Part shown: positions 56,629 to 64,000 of the stretch, one piece after another
How positions within the stretch are numbered: the stretch's first letter is position 1
Layout of the letters: each line of letters opens with the position of its first letter
Assembly: GCA_016195275.1 (NCBI GenBank)
Contig: JACPZZ010000017.1
Location: 21,581 to 85,580 of the forward strand
DNA: 64,000 nt
Origin: Candidatus Aenigmatarchaeota archaeon
GTDB taxonomy: Archaea; Aenigmatarchaeota; Aenigmatarchaeia; JACPZZ01
Reading direction: 5' to 3'
Notes under the pieces: generated by a model
What the model was told of the DNA's origin: nothing
Database searches by the model: none
Seen by the model: the letters and a program-made list of their open reading frames with translations, nothing else
Program-made: the position numbers and the translations under genes

Positions 56629-56650
56629 AAGCCTCAGGCGAGAATTGAAC
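56629..56650. repeat. att site within the tRNA-Thr 3' end
   Basis: Identical to 15737-15758. Confidence 0.93.
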
Positions 56651-56732
56651 TCGCGACCTTTACCTTACCAAGGTTTAGCGACAAACTTCGCTTGGAAATT
56701 CGTTAACGCTCTACCAACTGAGCTACTGAGGC
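56630..56732 (-). tRNA. tRNA-Thr(GGT) with 30-nt non-canonical intron at 28/29 (56675-56704)
   Basis: GCCTCAG TA GCTC AGTTGGTA GAGC G TT|ACC TTGGTAA GGTAA AGGTC GCGAG TTCAATT CTCGC CTGAGGC; BHB with central helix AGCG/CGCT. Confidence 0.92.
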
Positions 56733-56867
56733 GATTACAACCAGAAACAGACATTTCGTAAACTGAAGCATACCGATACACCATACGGTATGCTTCTAGC
56801 TGAACGTCTGTTTCAGTTTACTGTTTGTTTTCTCACTCTTAAATCTTATCGGATTATTATCAACCAT

Positions 56868-58157
56868 ATGAAAGTCCTCGTTGTAGGCGGCGGCGGGCGA
56901 GAGGATGCGATTGCACGGAAGTTCAGGGAGGAGCTTCGCGGCGCGATGGACGAGCTTTACGTTGCGCCCGGTAACGCAGGCACCGGCATAATTGCGCAGA
57001 ACGTGCCTATAGAAGCCGACAATATAAACGCGCTCGCTGAATTTGCCGAAGAAAAAAGGATCGATCTTACTTTTGTCGGACCGGAAAAGCCTCTAGTTTT
57101 GGGCATCGTAGACGAGTTTAATCGCAATGGTTTGCCGATAGTAGGCCCGACAAAAGCTGCTGCAGAATTGGAAGGCAGCAAAATATTTTCATACCAATTC
57201 ATGGAAAACTACGGAATACCGTGCCCGGAATCCTACGTGGCCGATACCGCGAGACAAGCTTTTGAACTGGGCAAACGATTTCTCAAGTCAGACGACATAG
57301 GTGTAATAAAGCTGGATGGCTTGGCTTTGGGCAAAGGCGTGGCGGTTTATCATAACGAAAAGGAACTCGAACAATCTATAGACGAGTTGATGGTCAAAAG
57401 TCCGTACAGAGGGCGTGCATTAATGCAAAAATTCCTGCCTGGCCAGGAAGCGTCTTTCATAATTTTCACAGACGGTGAAAATACCGTACCGACACCTCAC
57501 ACCAAAGACTATAAGCCTGTTTATAATAATGACAAAGGCCCGAACACGGGCGGAATGGGAGCGTATGCCCGCGCCCCTGTCATCACACCTGAAATCGAAA
57601 AGAAGGTGATGCGCGAGATAATAATGCCAACTCTAAACGGCATCAACCGGGAGGGCGCAAGGTATAGGGGAATATTGTACGCAGGCCTTATGATTGTCGA
57701 CGGCGAACCTTATGTTTTGGAATACAATTGCCGTGGCGGCGATCCGGAAACGCAATCTTCGATACCCCTGTTAAAATCCAGCCTTCTTGAAATTGGTTAT
57801 GGTATAACCGAAAATAATTTGAAGGGTGTAAATCCTGTATGGTCGCCCCAATCTGCGGTTACTGTTGTGTTAGCGTCGCAAGGCTACCCGTCCGACGAAT
57901 ACAGAAAACATTTGGATAAAGAGATATACGGCCTAGGCAGGAATGATGTGATGATTTCCCATGCCGGCACAAAAAGATTGCCGGATGGCAGAATCGTAAC
58001 TTCGGGCGGCCGTGTTCTTGCCGTGACAGCATTAGGCAATGATACAACAGAAGCGAGAAACACGGGATATTCAGCGATCGGCCAAAAAAACAACGGAATT
58101 TATTTCGAGGGTATGTTGTACAGAACTGATATAGCAGCCAAACCTCTTCAAATCTAA
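56868..58157 (+). CDS. purD: Phosphoribosylamine-glycine ligase
   Basis: GGGGRE, APGNAG, LEGSK, GPNTGGMG, EYNCRGGDPE, TSGGRVL. Confidence 0.95.
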   Translation: MKVLVVGGGGREDAIARKFREELRGAMDELYVAPGNAGTGIIAQNVPIEADNINALAEFAEEKRIDLTFVGPEKPLVLGIVDEFNRNGLPIVGPTKAAAELEGSKIFSYQFMENYGIPCPESYVADTARQAFELGKRFLKSDDIGVIKLDGLALGKGVAVYHNEKELEQSIDELMVKSPYRGRALMQKFLPGQEASFIIFTDGENTVPTPHTKDYKPVYNNDKGPNTGGMGAYARAPVITPEIEKKVMREIIMPTLNGINREGARYRGILYAGLMIVDGEPYVLEYNCRGGDPETQSSIPLLKSSLLEIGYGITENNLKGVNPVWSPQSAVTVVLASQGYPSDEYRKHLDKEIYGLGRNDVMISHAGTKRLPDGRIVTSGGRVLAVTALGNDTTEARNTGYSAIGQKNNGIYFEGMLYRTDIAAKPLQI

Positions 58158-58423
58158 CCGCCTTTAGCCAAGGCGGCTTTCTTTTCTTTCTTGAACTGGG
58201 CCAATAGATTAGATAATTTCATAGTATGCCCGCAGAAGCCGCATTTCACAGAAAAGGGTTTTTTCCATTCCTCGGTTGTTTCTGCGCCTTTTACGCACAT
58301 AGGGCACACATACTTCACTTTGGCGTCGTTGCTGTCTTTTGGGACCAAGACTTTTATCATACCTGTTACTTTGCCTTCGTCGTTCTGCAATTCTCTCGTC
58401 GTAAGGTATTTTACGTTGCTCAA
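58154..58423 (-). CDS. Small zinc-ribbon protein
   Basis: CPMC ... CGFC. Confidence 0.65.
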   Translation of the reverse strand: MSNVKYLTTRELQNDEGKVTGMIKVLVPKDSNDAKVKYVCPMCVKGAETTEEWKKPFSVKCGFCGHTMKLSNLLAQFKKEKKAALAKGG

Positions 58424-59265
58424 ACCAAAACACCTGCTAAAAATGCTATAATCGCTGTCAGCATATTTATTTTTATTAATTCGTCCGTTTTCGCCAGCCG
58501 CACCGCGTTTTTGCCGTTTTTAACAATGTTGAACAGCGCAACAAACGCCACAAGGGAACTTATCGTTATCAGCGCCAAGTAACTGATTGAAACCAATCCC
58601 AATAGATAAGGCACGGGACTGAGGATTATGAATATCGCCAGCGACGCTGCCGCCGCCTTCCTCGTTCTGTCTGCATCGAATCTGATGTAAGATGAAAAAT
58701 GCTTCAGCAGGCTTATCAAGAAACTCGTCCTGTCTTTCATCTCCTCTGTTATGCTCTTCACCATGTCGCCCGCAGCGTTTGAAAAGAAAAGCAGCAACGC
58801 CATAAAATAGGCGGTGTACGAGAGTCCTGCAACATCCGAGCCTAAAATTACGGCAACAGACGCAGCCGCGCTGGTTATGATACTTCTTACGAAGCGCACG
58901 TTCCTGAGGTATTGGATATTAACCCACAAAAGTAACGCGGCCAAAGCGTAAAGCGACGCCGTATAAACGCTGATGCCATAGGAAACTGCAAAACCGGCTG
59001 CCAGTAAAATCGTGGAAATTAACAGCGAATTTCTCGATTCGCCGCCGCTCTTCCGGTAAATTTTTTTTATGATATTATAAACTTTATTTCTGGAAAATCC
59101 GCTGAACGTGTTTGCAGCCGCTGTCAGGAAAAACATGGACAACAGCGTTTTGGCCAGCTCCATTGTTACGTCCACCGAACCGGCCGATACGAAATAAGCG
59201 CTCGCTGACAGTATTGCAAAGAAAAAGAAATTCATAGGGCGTAAAAAATCTAAGCGTGGCATCAT
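58420..59265 (-). CDS. UbiA-family prenyltransferase (DGGGP synthase-like, degenerate motifs)
   Basis: N-terminal LRPMN, multi-TM topology, eroded Asp-rich motifs. Confidence 0.6.
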   Translation of the reverse strand: MMPRLDFLRPMNFFFFAILSASAYFVSAGSVDVTMELAKTLLSMFFLTAAANTFSGFSRNKVYNIIKKIYRKSGGESRNSLLISTILLAAGFAVSYGISVYTASLYALAALLLWVNIQYLRNVRFVRSIITSAAASVAVILGSDVAGLSYTAYFMALLLFFSNAAGDMVKSITEEMKDRTSFLISLLKHFSSYIRFDADRTRKAAAASLAIFIILSPVPYLLGLVSISYLALITISSLVAFVALFNIVKNGKNAVRLAKTDELIKINMLTAIIAFLAGVLV

Positions 59266-59268
59266 GCG

Positions 59269-59445
59269 TCACACTTTAATGTCCTTGTTCTTTAACCTCA
59301 GGAAAGCGTAGCCGCATCTCCTGCACTGGACCTTGCCGCCCGCTATTTTCTTCAGGTTTGTTCGCAGTTTGGCGTTGCAACGCATGCAAACGTAAACGTT
59401 CTTGAAAAGCCTCTGTTCGATCTCCGGGAATTTCTTCTTTGCCAT
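59269..59445 (-). CDS. rpl40e: 50S ribosomal protein L40e
   Basis: MAKKKFPEIEQRLFKNVYVCMRCNAKLR...CRRCGYAFLRLKNKDIKV. Confidence 0.88.
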   Translation of the reverse strand: MAKKKFPEIEQRLFKNVYVCMRCNAKLRTNLKKIAGGKVQCRRCGYAFLRLKNKDIKV

Positions 59446-59498
59446 GCCATATTTTAATTTCTTGGATTTAATAACATTAACATGGTATAAAATACCAT

Positions 59499-60566
59499 CT
59501 ATAAAGCACGTTTGATTCTGTCTTTCAAGTTCCGATTCAAATCGAAAAATCCCTCTTCGAAGAGTCTTCTGGTAGCGTCCGGCGGCATGTGAACCCTGTA
59601 ATTGCCTGTCCTTCTATCCTGCCGGGGTCTTAGCCCTGTTACCCCAATTCCGGATATCATCCCTGTTAGATCTTCGGCAAATTGCCTAGAGCCTGTATAT
59701 ACAGATGATATGCGCTCCGTTTTATCGAAATAGGTAGCAGACGGCAAAAAATACATTAGAAATTCCAGCTGTTTAACCGGAGCCATCCCCTTTATTTTTT
59801 CAGGCACGCCTGAATGCAATGCCACATCGTCAGTCCTTGCCAAACCTATATAGTCTATCAAATATGACGCTAGTGCCTTTGAACAGATTATCAGGTAATG
59901 CGAATAGCCTCTGCTATTTTTATTTTCTAAAGGTTTGGTCCGGATATTAAATGCATCTTCGATTGCGGGTATGCCGGAATGTTCATAAAATCCCAATTCT
60001 TCATGCTGAAAATGAAAAATACTATAGCTGCCCTGATTAAACACAAAACTATATTGGGCAAGAATAACCCCCAAGGCGCGGGCTGCTTGTGCGTCTATTT
60101 CAATTGGCAGATATAGACCTCTCAGAATATCACGGGTGCTAAACCGTATGTCCGTAAATTCCTCCGGGTTGGAAGCAGTAAAGCCAAGATCTGTAACAAG
60201 CTGTTCGGTGCTGCCAAAATGTTTCCTTAACCTTTTCTCACCGTTTAGCGCAGCGTTCTCTGTAGGCGCACCGCAAAGCTCAGTGATATTTTTACCTGTT
60301 ACTAGGATAGGCCTTCTTCCTCTGGGACCTTGCTCAAGAGGTCTCCCGGATACATAAAAATCAGAAGCATCCGCCAACAGCCTGGCAGCCATTTTGTAGT
60401 TTTCGGGCTCGTTGTGACATCCTAGGTCTGCAAGTCTTTCTGCGGCCTCATTTTCAGGAATACCCAAGCCTTCGGATATTATGCGTTCCCATATTCCCAT
60501 ACGTTCCTGGTATGGTCTTCCCCAGCGTCCCTGCAATTCGGGCGGATAATATTTTATATAACCCAT
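59499..60566 (-). CDS. Hypothetical protein with degenerate LAGLIDADG-like fold
   Basis: ARALGVILAQ, YLIICSKAL, P..I...EFLMYFL, SRQFAEDL..MISGIG. Confidence 0.5.
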   Translation of the reverse strand: MGYIKYYPPELQGRWGRPYQERMGIWERIISEGLGIPENEAAERLADLGCHNEPENYKMAARLLADASDFYVSGRPLEQGPRGRRPILVTGKNITELCGAPTENAALNGEKRLRKHFGSTEQLVTDLGFTASNPEEFTDIRFSTRDILRGLYLPIEIDAQAARALGVILAQYSFVFNQGSYSIFHFQHEELGFYEHSGIPAIEDAFNIRTKPLENKNSRGYSHYLIICSKALASYLIDYIGLARTDDVALHSGVPEKIKGMAPVKQLEFLMYFLPSATYFDKTERISSVYTGSRQFAEDLTGMISGIGVTGLRPRQDRRTGNYRVHMPPDATRRLFEEGFFDLNRNLKDRIKRAL

Positions 60567-60647
60567 ACGGTCTTATGTAAAATAAAACTACTTAAAAGTT
60601 TGCAAAACTTTAAAACCTCATCGACTTCAGATTCAAGTATATAAGAT

Positions 60648-61481
60648 TCAAAACTTCAACGCTTTTAAGTTCCTTATTCTTGCTTCTGTGCTTGGGTGCG
60701 TGGACAGCAAATTAATTAGAATATCCCCGCTGAAAGGGTTTATTATGAACATGTGCGACGTGGCAGGATTGCCTTTGAGATGAACGTGTTTTGATGCATC
60801 GGAAATTTTTGTTAAAGCGCTTGCCAGGCCGCTTGTTTCTTTGATTAGCGCAGCTCCGGTCCGGTCTGCTGAAAACTCCCTGCTGCGTGAAATCGCCAAC
60901 CGCACTATTGTAGCTGCCAGAGGCACGAAAATTATCATTAAAACGAGACCGATTGGATTGCGATTCCGATCACGTCCGCCGAAAAGCGCGCCGTAGTAAG
61001 CCATCTGGGCTATGAATGCCAAAGCGCCTGCGAACGTAGCGGCTAGCGTGGAAATCAGTGTGTCACGGTTCTTAATGTGCGCGATTTCATGGGCCAAAAC
61101 GCCTTTGATTTCATCATTATCTAAAATGTCCATCAAACCTGTCGTGACTGCCAAAGCCCCGTTTTTCGGGTCGCGGCCGGTTGCAAAGGCGTTGGGCGCT
61201 TTTTGGTCAACAATGTAAATTTTCGGTTTTGGTACGCCTGCCTTCTTTGTGATTTCTTCCACTATTTTGTGTATTCCGGGATTTTGAGCTTTGCTTACTT
61301 CCTTGGCGTTGTACATCTTCAGAACAATTTTATCAGAATACCAATAGGCCAAAAAGTTCATAGCTAGGGATAAGACCAACGCAATCGTCGCGCCGCCGCT
61401 GCCCCCCAGGTAATAACCGACGCCTAAAAACAGGCCTGTCAATAAACCTAACAACGCCACGGTTTTTATTGTCTCGAACAT
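60648..61481 (-). CDS. htpX: Zinc metalloprotease HtpX
   Basis: PNAFATGR, AHEIAH, SRSREF.AD, STHP. Confidence 0.95.
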   Translation of the reverse strand: MFETIKTVALLGLLTGLFLGVGYYLGGSGGATIALVLSLAMNFLAYWYSDKIVLKMYNAKEVSKAQNPGIHKIVEEITKKAGVPKPKIYIVDQKAPNAFATGRDPKNGALAVTTGLMDILDNDEIKGVLAHEIAHIKNRDTLISTLAATFAGALAFIAQMAYYGALFGGRDRNRNPIGLVLMIIFVPLAATIVRLAISRSREFSADRTGAALIKETSGLASALTKISDASKHVHLKGNPATSHMFIINPFSGDILINLLSTHPSTEARIRNLKALKF

Positions 61482-61515
61482 ACAAAGAATGAATTGAATA
61501 GCTATGATATAAATG

Positions 61516-62016
61516 TTATCGCAGCCTTTCAACGTGTCTAAACATCGTCCGGGCAACCGATTTTGGCGTTTTCCTGTAAGTGTCGATCTCAATGCACTTT
61601 TTACCGTGAATGTCCAAAGCCTCGCCCAATATCACATTCAATCTTTCCGCCTCAAGGTTTTCCTCGATTTTTCCGCCATTCCATCCACGGTTTTCCATCC
61701 GTTTTCTTAATTCGCCTATATTTGCGCGCAAAACAAAAACAACGTCGCCTTTGAAATAATGCGCAAGGTGGCTTTCAATTATCAAATCTTGGTTGTCCTT
61801 AACCTGCTCAGAAACGAATTTATTCAGTTTGCGCATATCCACATTTTTGGATTTTCTTTTTTTGTCAACAGAAGACCATAACCCGCGCCTTAAGATTTCA
61901 GTGTTGATGTGGAGCACCTTGAATTTTTTGCCCGTTTTCCTGTCAAGCGCCTTTGCCAATTCATTGGAAATTCTGGTCTTTCCTGTGGCTGGCGTGCCTG
62001 TAATAATGATTATCAT
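61516..62016 (-). CDS. Archaeal adenylate/NMP kinase (AK6-type)
   Basis: ITGTPATGKT, IIESH, RGW...KIEENLEAE. Confidence 0.88.
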   Translation of the reverse strand: MIIIITGTPATGKTRISNELAKALDRKTGKKFKVLHINTEILRRGLWSSVDKKRKSKNVDMRKLNKFVSEQVKDNQDLIIESHLAHYFKGDVVFVLRANIGELRKRMENRGWNGGKIEENLEAERLNVILGEALDIHGKKCIEIDTYRKTPKSVARTMFRHVERLR

Positions 62017-62074
62017 ACCAACACTCTGCCTCAATCCTTTATATTTCACGCACCCTTCTTCATATTGACCAGCC

Positions 62075-63037
62075 ATGCAGGAAAAACAGTTTGAAATGTG
62101 GACCGAAAAACACAGGCCCAAAGATTTTTCTGAATTGGCCGGCCAGGAGCAGATAACGAAAAGGCTTGCTGAATTCGCCAAAAATAAAAATCTGCCGCAC
62201 ATGATGTTCGCCGGTCCTGCCGGCTGCGGCAAAACAACAGCAGCGCTGGTAATGGCGCGCTCTTTGTTCGGCGATTCGTGGAAGCACAATTTCCTTGATC
62301 TCAATGCGTCTGATGAACGCGGGATAGACGTAATTCGCAACAAAGTAAAGGAATTTGCAAGGACAAAATCGCTGGGCAGCGCGCCTTTCAAGCTGGTTTT
62401 CCTCGACGAAGCCGATGCATTGACAACGGAAGCTCAAAACGCGTTGCGCAGGACAATGGAAAATTACACGAACACCGCCCGTTTCATCATAAGCTGCAAC
62501 TATTCCTCAAAAATCATCGAACCTATACAATCGAGATGCGCTGTTTTCCGCTTCAAACCGCTTGCCGCAGATCATATTGAAAAACAACTGTCCAAAATAG
62601 CGGCCAAAGAGAACCTGAAAACAACCAAAAGCGCGCTGCCGGCTGCTGCCAGCCTGGCCGAAGGCGACATGAGAAAGGCAATAAACATTTTGCAGGCCGC
62701 TGCCGCAGTCAAGGATGAAATATCCGAGGACGATATTTTCGAAATCGCGTCGAGCGCGAAGCCGAAAGAAGTTGAAGAAATGCTGGCTAATGCTGTTAAT
62801 GGTAATTTCAAGGCCGCCCGTGAAAATCTGAAAAAATTGGTTATCGAACAGGGCTTATCCGGAAAGGATGTAATTTCCGAACTCCACAGGCAGGTTTTCG
62901 ATCTGGATGTGGCGGAAAAAGCAAAAATCTCAATGCTTGAAAAAGTCGGCGAGTGCGAATTCCGCTTGTCAGAGGGCTGCGACGAAATAATACAGCTTGA
63001 ATCGCTTCTCGCCCAGTTTGCGCTCTATTCAAGATAG
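62075..63037 (+). CDS. rfcS: Replication factor C small subunit
   Basis: WTEKHRP, GPAGCGKT, LNASDERG, DEAD, SRC. Confidence 0.96.
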   Translation: MQEKQFEMWTEKHRPKDFSELAGQEQITKRLAEFAKNKNLPHMMFAGPAGCGKTTAALVMARSLFGDSWKHNFLDLNASDERGIDVIRNKVKEFARTKSLGSAPFKLVFLDEADALTTEAQNALRRTMENYTNTARFIISCNYSSKIIEPIQSRCAVFRFKPLAADHIEKQLSKIAAKENLKTTKSALPAAASLAEGDMRKAINILQAAAAVKDEISEDDIFEIASSAKPKEVEEMLANAVNGNFKAARENLKKLVIEQGLSGKDVISELHRQVFDLDVAEKAKISMLEKVGECEFRLSEGCDEIIQLESLLAQFALYSR

Positions 63038-63157
63038 AAACCTGAATTAACCAGCGAATGTAAATCTTTAATACGTCTTTTATCGAATAGCGAAAGGCAT
63101 ATAAATAGGATAAAAGATAGTTTATATCCAGAAACCGAACGCCGGTTTAAAGGATAC

Positions 63158-63451
63158 TTGGTTCGCATGACATCAGGTGAAATGAGCAGATTTTTCGTTT
63201 TGTCCGAATTGATTACAAATTCCTCTGTACATTGTGTCAGATATCATGCCGCGAAAGAAGCAAGAATACTGAAGTCCATTTTATCCGGCGCGGGAATCAG
63301 AGTGGAAGAGTCGCATGAACGCGTCGCCGGGACCGGAATCATTAATCGCTATGCTCCGCGCATGATAACCGCGTACGGCGCGCCGGACCAATTTTCGATG
63401 TATTCTAAACAGATAGGCAACACTGTAAACTTCTATCACCTGAAAGATTAA
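63158..63451 (+). CDS. Hypothetical protein
   Basis: 97-aa ORF; start uncertain. Confidence 0.4.
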   Translation: MVRMTSGEMSRFFVLSELITNSSVHCVRYHAAKEARILKSILSGAGIRVEESHERVAGTGIINRYAPRMITAYGAPDQFSMYSKQIGNTVNFYHLKD

Positions 63452-63492
63452 CCTTTTAAATCTTTGATAGCATGGTCATTTAACAGATCACT

Positions 63493-64000
63493 ATGGCAGA
63501 TCAGGAAAACATTTCCAGGCTTAGACAACGGCTTATAGAGTCTTTGTTTAATTGGGACGTGTTCGAATTCGATACGCGCCTGTCGCCGGACTGGGTAGTT
63601 CACCCATTTTTCATGAGGCTGGGAAGGGCGCTTGGAACAGGAAAAAGGTTAAGAACGCTGCGCGATGTTTACAGACAATTGGTTCTGGATAACATCCGCG
63701 AAGATCCTGATTTCGTTTACGGCCCAGCGTATAAGGGCATCCCTCTAGCAGCGCTGACAGCAATGGCTATTGGCGAAGACGATTCAACCAAACCGGTCAG
63801 CTACGGCTTTAATCTTCCGGGAGGCGCGACAAGAAGGGTACAAGATGTCATAACCGATGGAAATTACATTACCGATGTAAGCTCCACATTTCGTGCATGG
63901 GTGCCGTTTAGTGAAGTTGATAATTCCAAAAAACTGAGAGAATGGGCAACATACGCTGCGCAGACGTGGCACCACAATTACAACGTGGAACCTCACCACA
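63493..64000 (+). CDS. Orotate phosphoribosyltransferase-like protein (runs off window end)
   Basis: Manual translation contains HPFF and PDFVYGPAYKGIPLA; no stop before 64000. Confidence 0.6.
   Translation, partial: MADQENISRLRQRLIESLFNWDVFEFDTRLSPDWVVHPFFMRLGRALGTGKRLRTLRDVYRQLVLDNIREDPDFVYGPAYKGIPLAALTAMAIGEDDSTKPVSYGFNLPGGATRRVQDVITDGNYITDVSSTFRAWVPFSEVDNSKKLREWATYAAQTWHHNYNVEPHH

Larger units (their letters stand above)
15737..56650. mobile_element. ~41-kb integrated element at tRNA-Thr(GGT)
   Basis: Flanking att repeats, adjacent tyrosine integrase, cdc6 genes, GC shift, accessory cargo. Confidence 0.85.

Noticed and set aside
1-64000. CRISPR array or cas genes; rRNA
   Set aside because: No regularly spaced repeat-spacer pattern or recognisable cas/rRNA sequence; the hairpin repeats are kilobases apart

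Overview
Archaeal chromosome segment, probably DPANN-like. The evidence is archaeal RFC small subunit, L40e, an AK6-type kinase, Ogg and three intron-containing tRNAs; taxonomy cannot be fixed from sequence alone. Host flanks (1-15.7 kb and 56.6-64 kb) carry pdhA/lipA, a ZIP-multicopper oxidase-DtxR metal locus, trxB, mgtE, purD, htpX and rfcS. Between 22-bp direct repeats of the tRNA-Thr(GGT) 3' end (15737-15758 and 56629-56650) lies a ~41-kb, visibly more GC-rich integrated element with a tyrosine integrase. It is a mosaic. Archaeal-type parts are the integrase and two Cdc6/Orc1 genes (one chimeric). Bacterial-type parts are a large serine recombinase, a MalT/TPR/BTAD regulator followed by an unannotated 37-aa secreted peptide and a kinase/receiver pair, a sigma70 promoter and a Pro/Thr-rich lipoprotein. 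Its most unusual content is an operon of three Cys-rich zinc-finger proteins ending in a HerA/VirB4-type ATPase fused to a wHTH + PD-(D/E)xK domain, a dispersed ~41-bp hairpin repeat heading minus-strand gene clusters, and defence/TA cargo. In the host part, tRNA-Tyr and tRNA-Pro share a homologous 56-nt intron at different positions. A chimeric metagenomic assembly cannot be excluded for the mosaic. All family assignments are from motif recognition by eye, not database searches.
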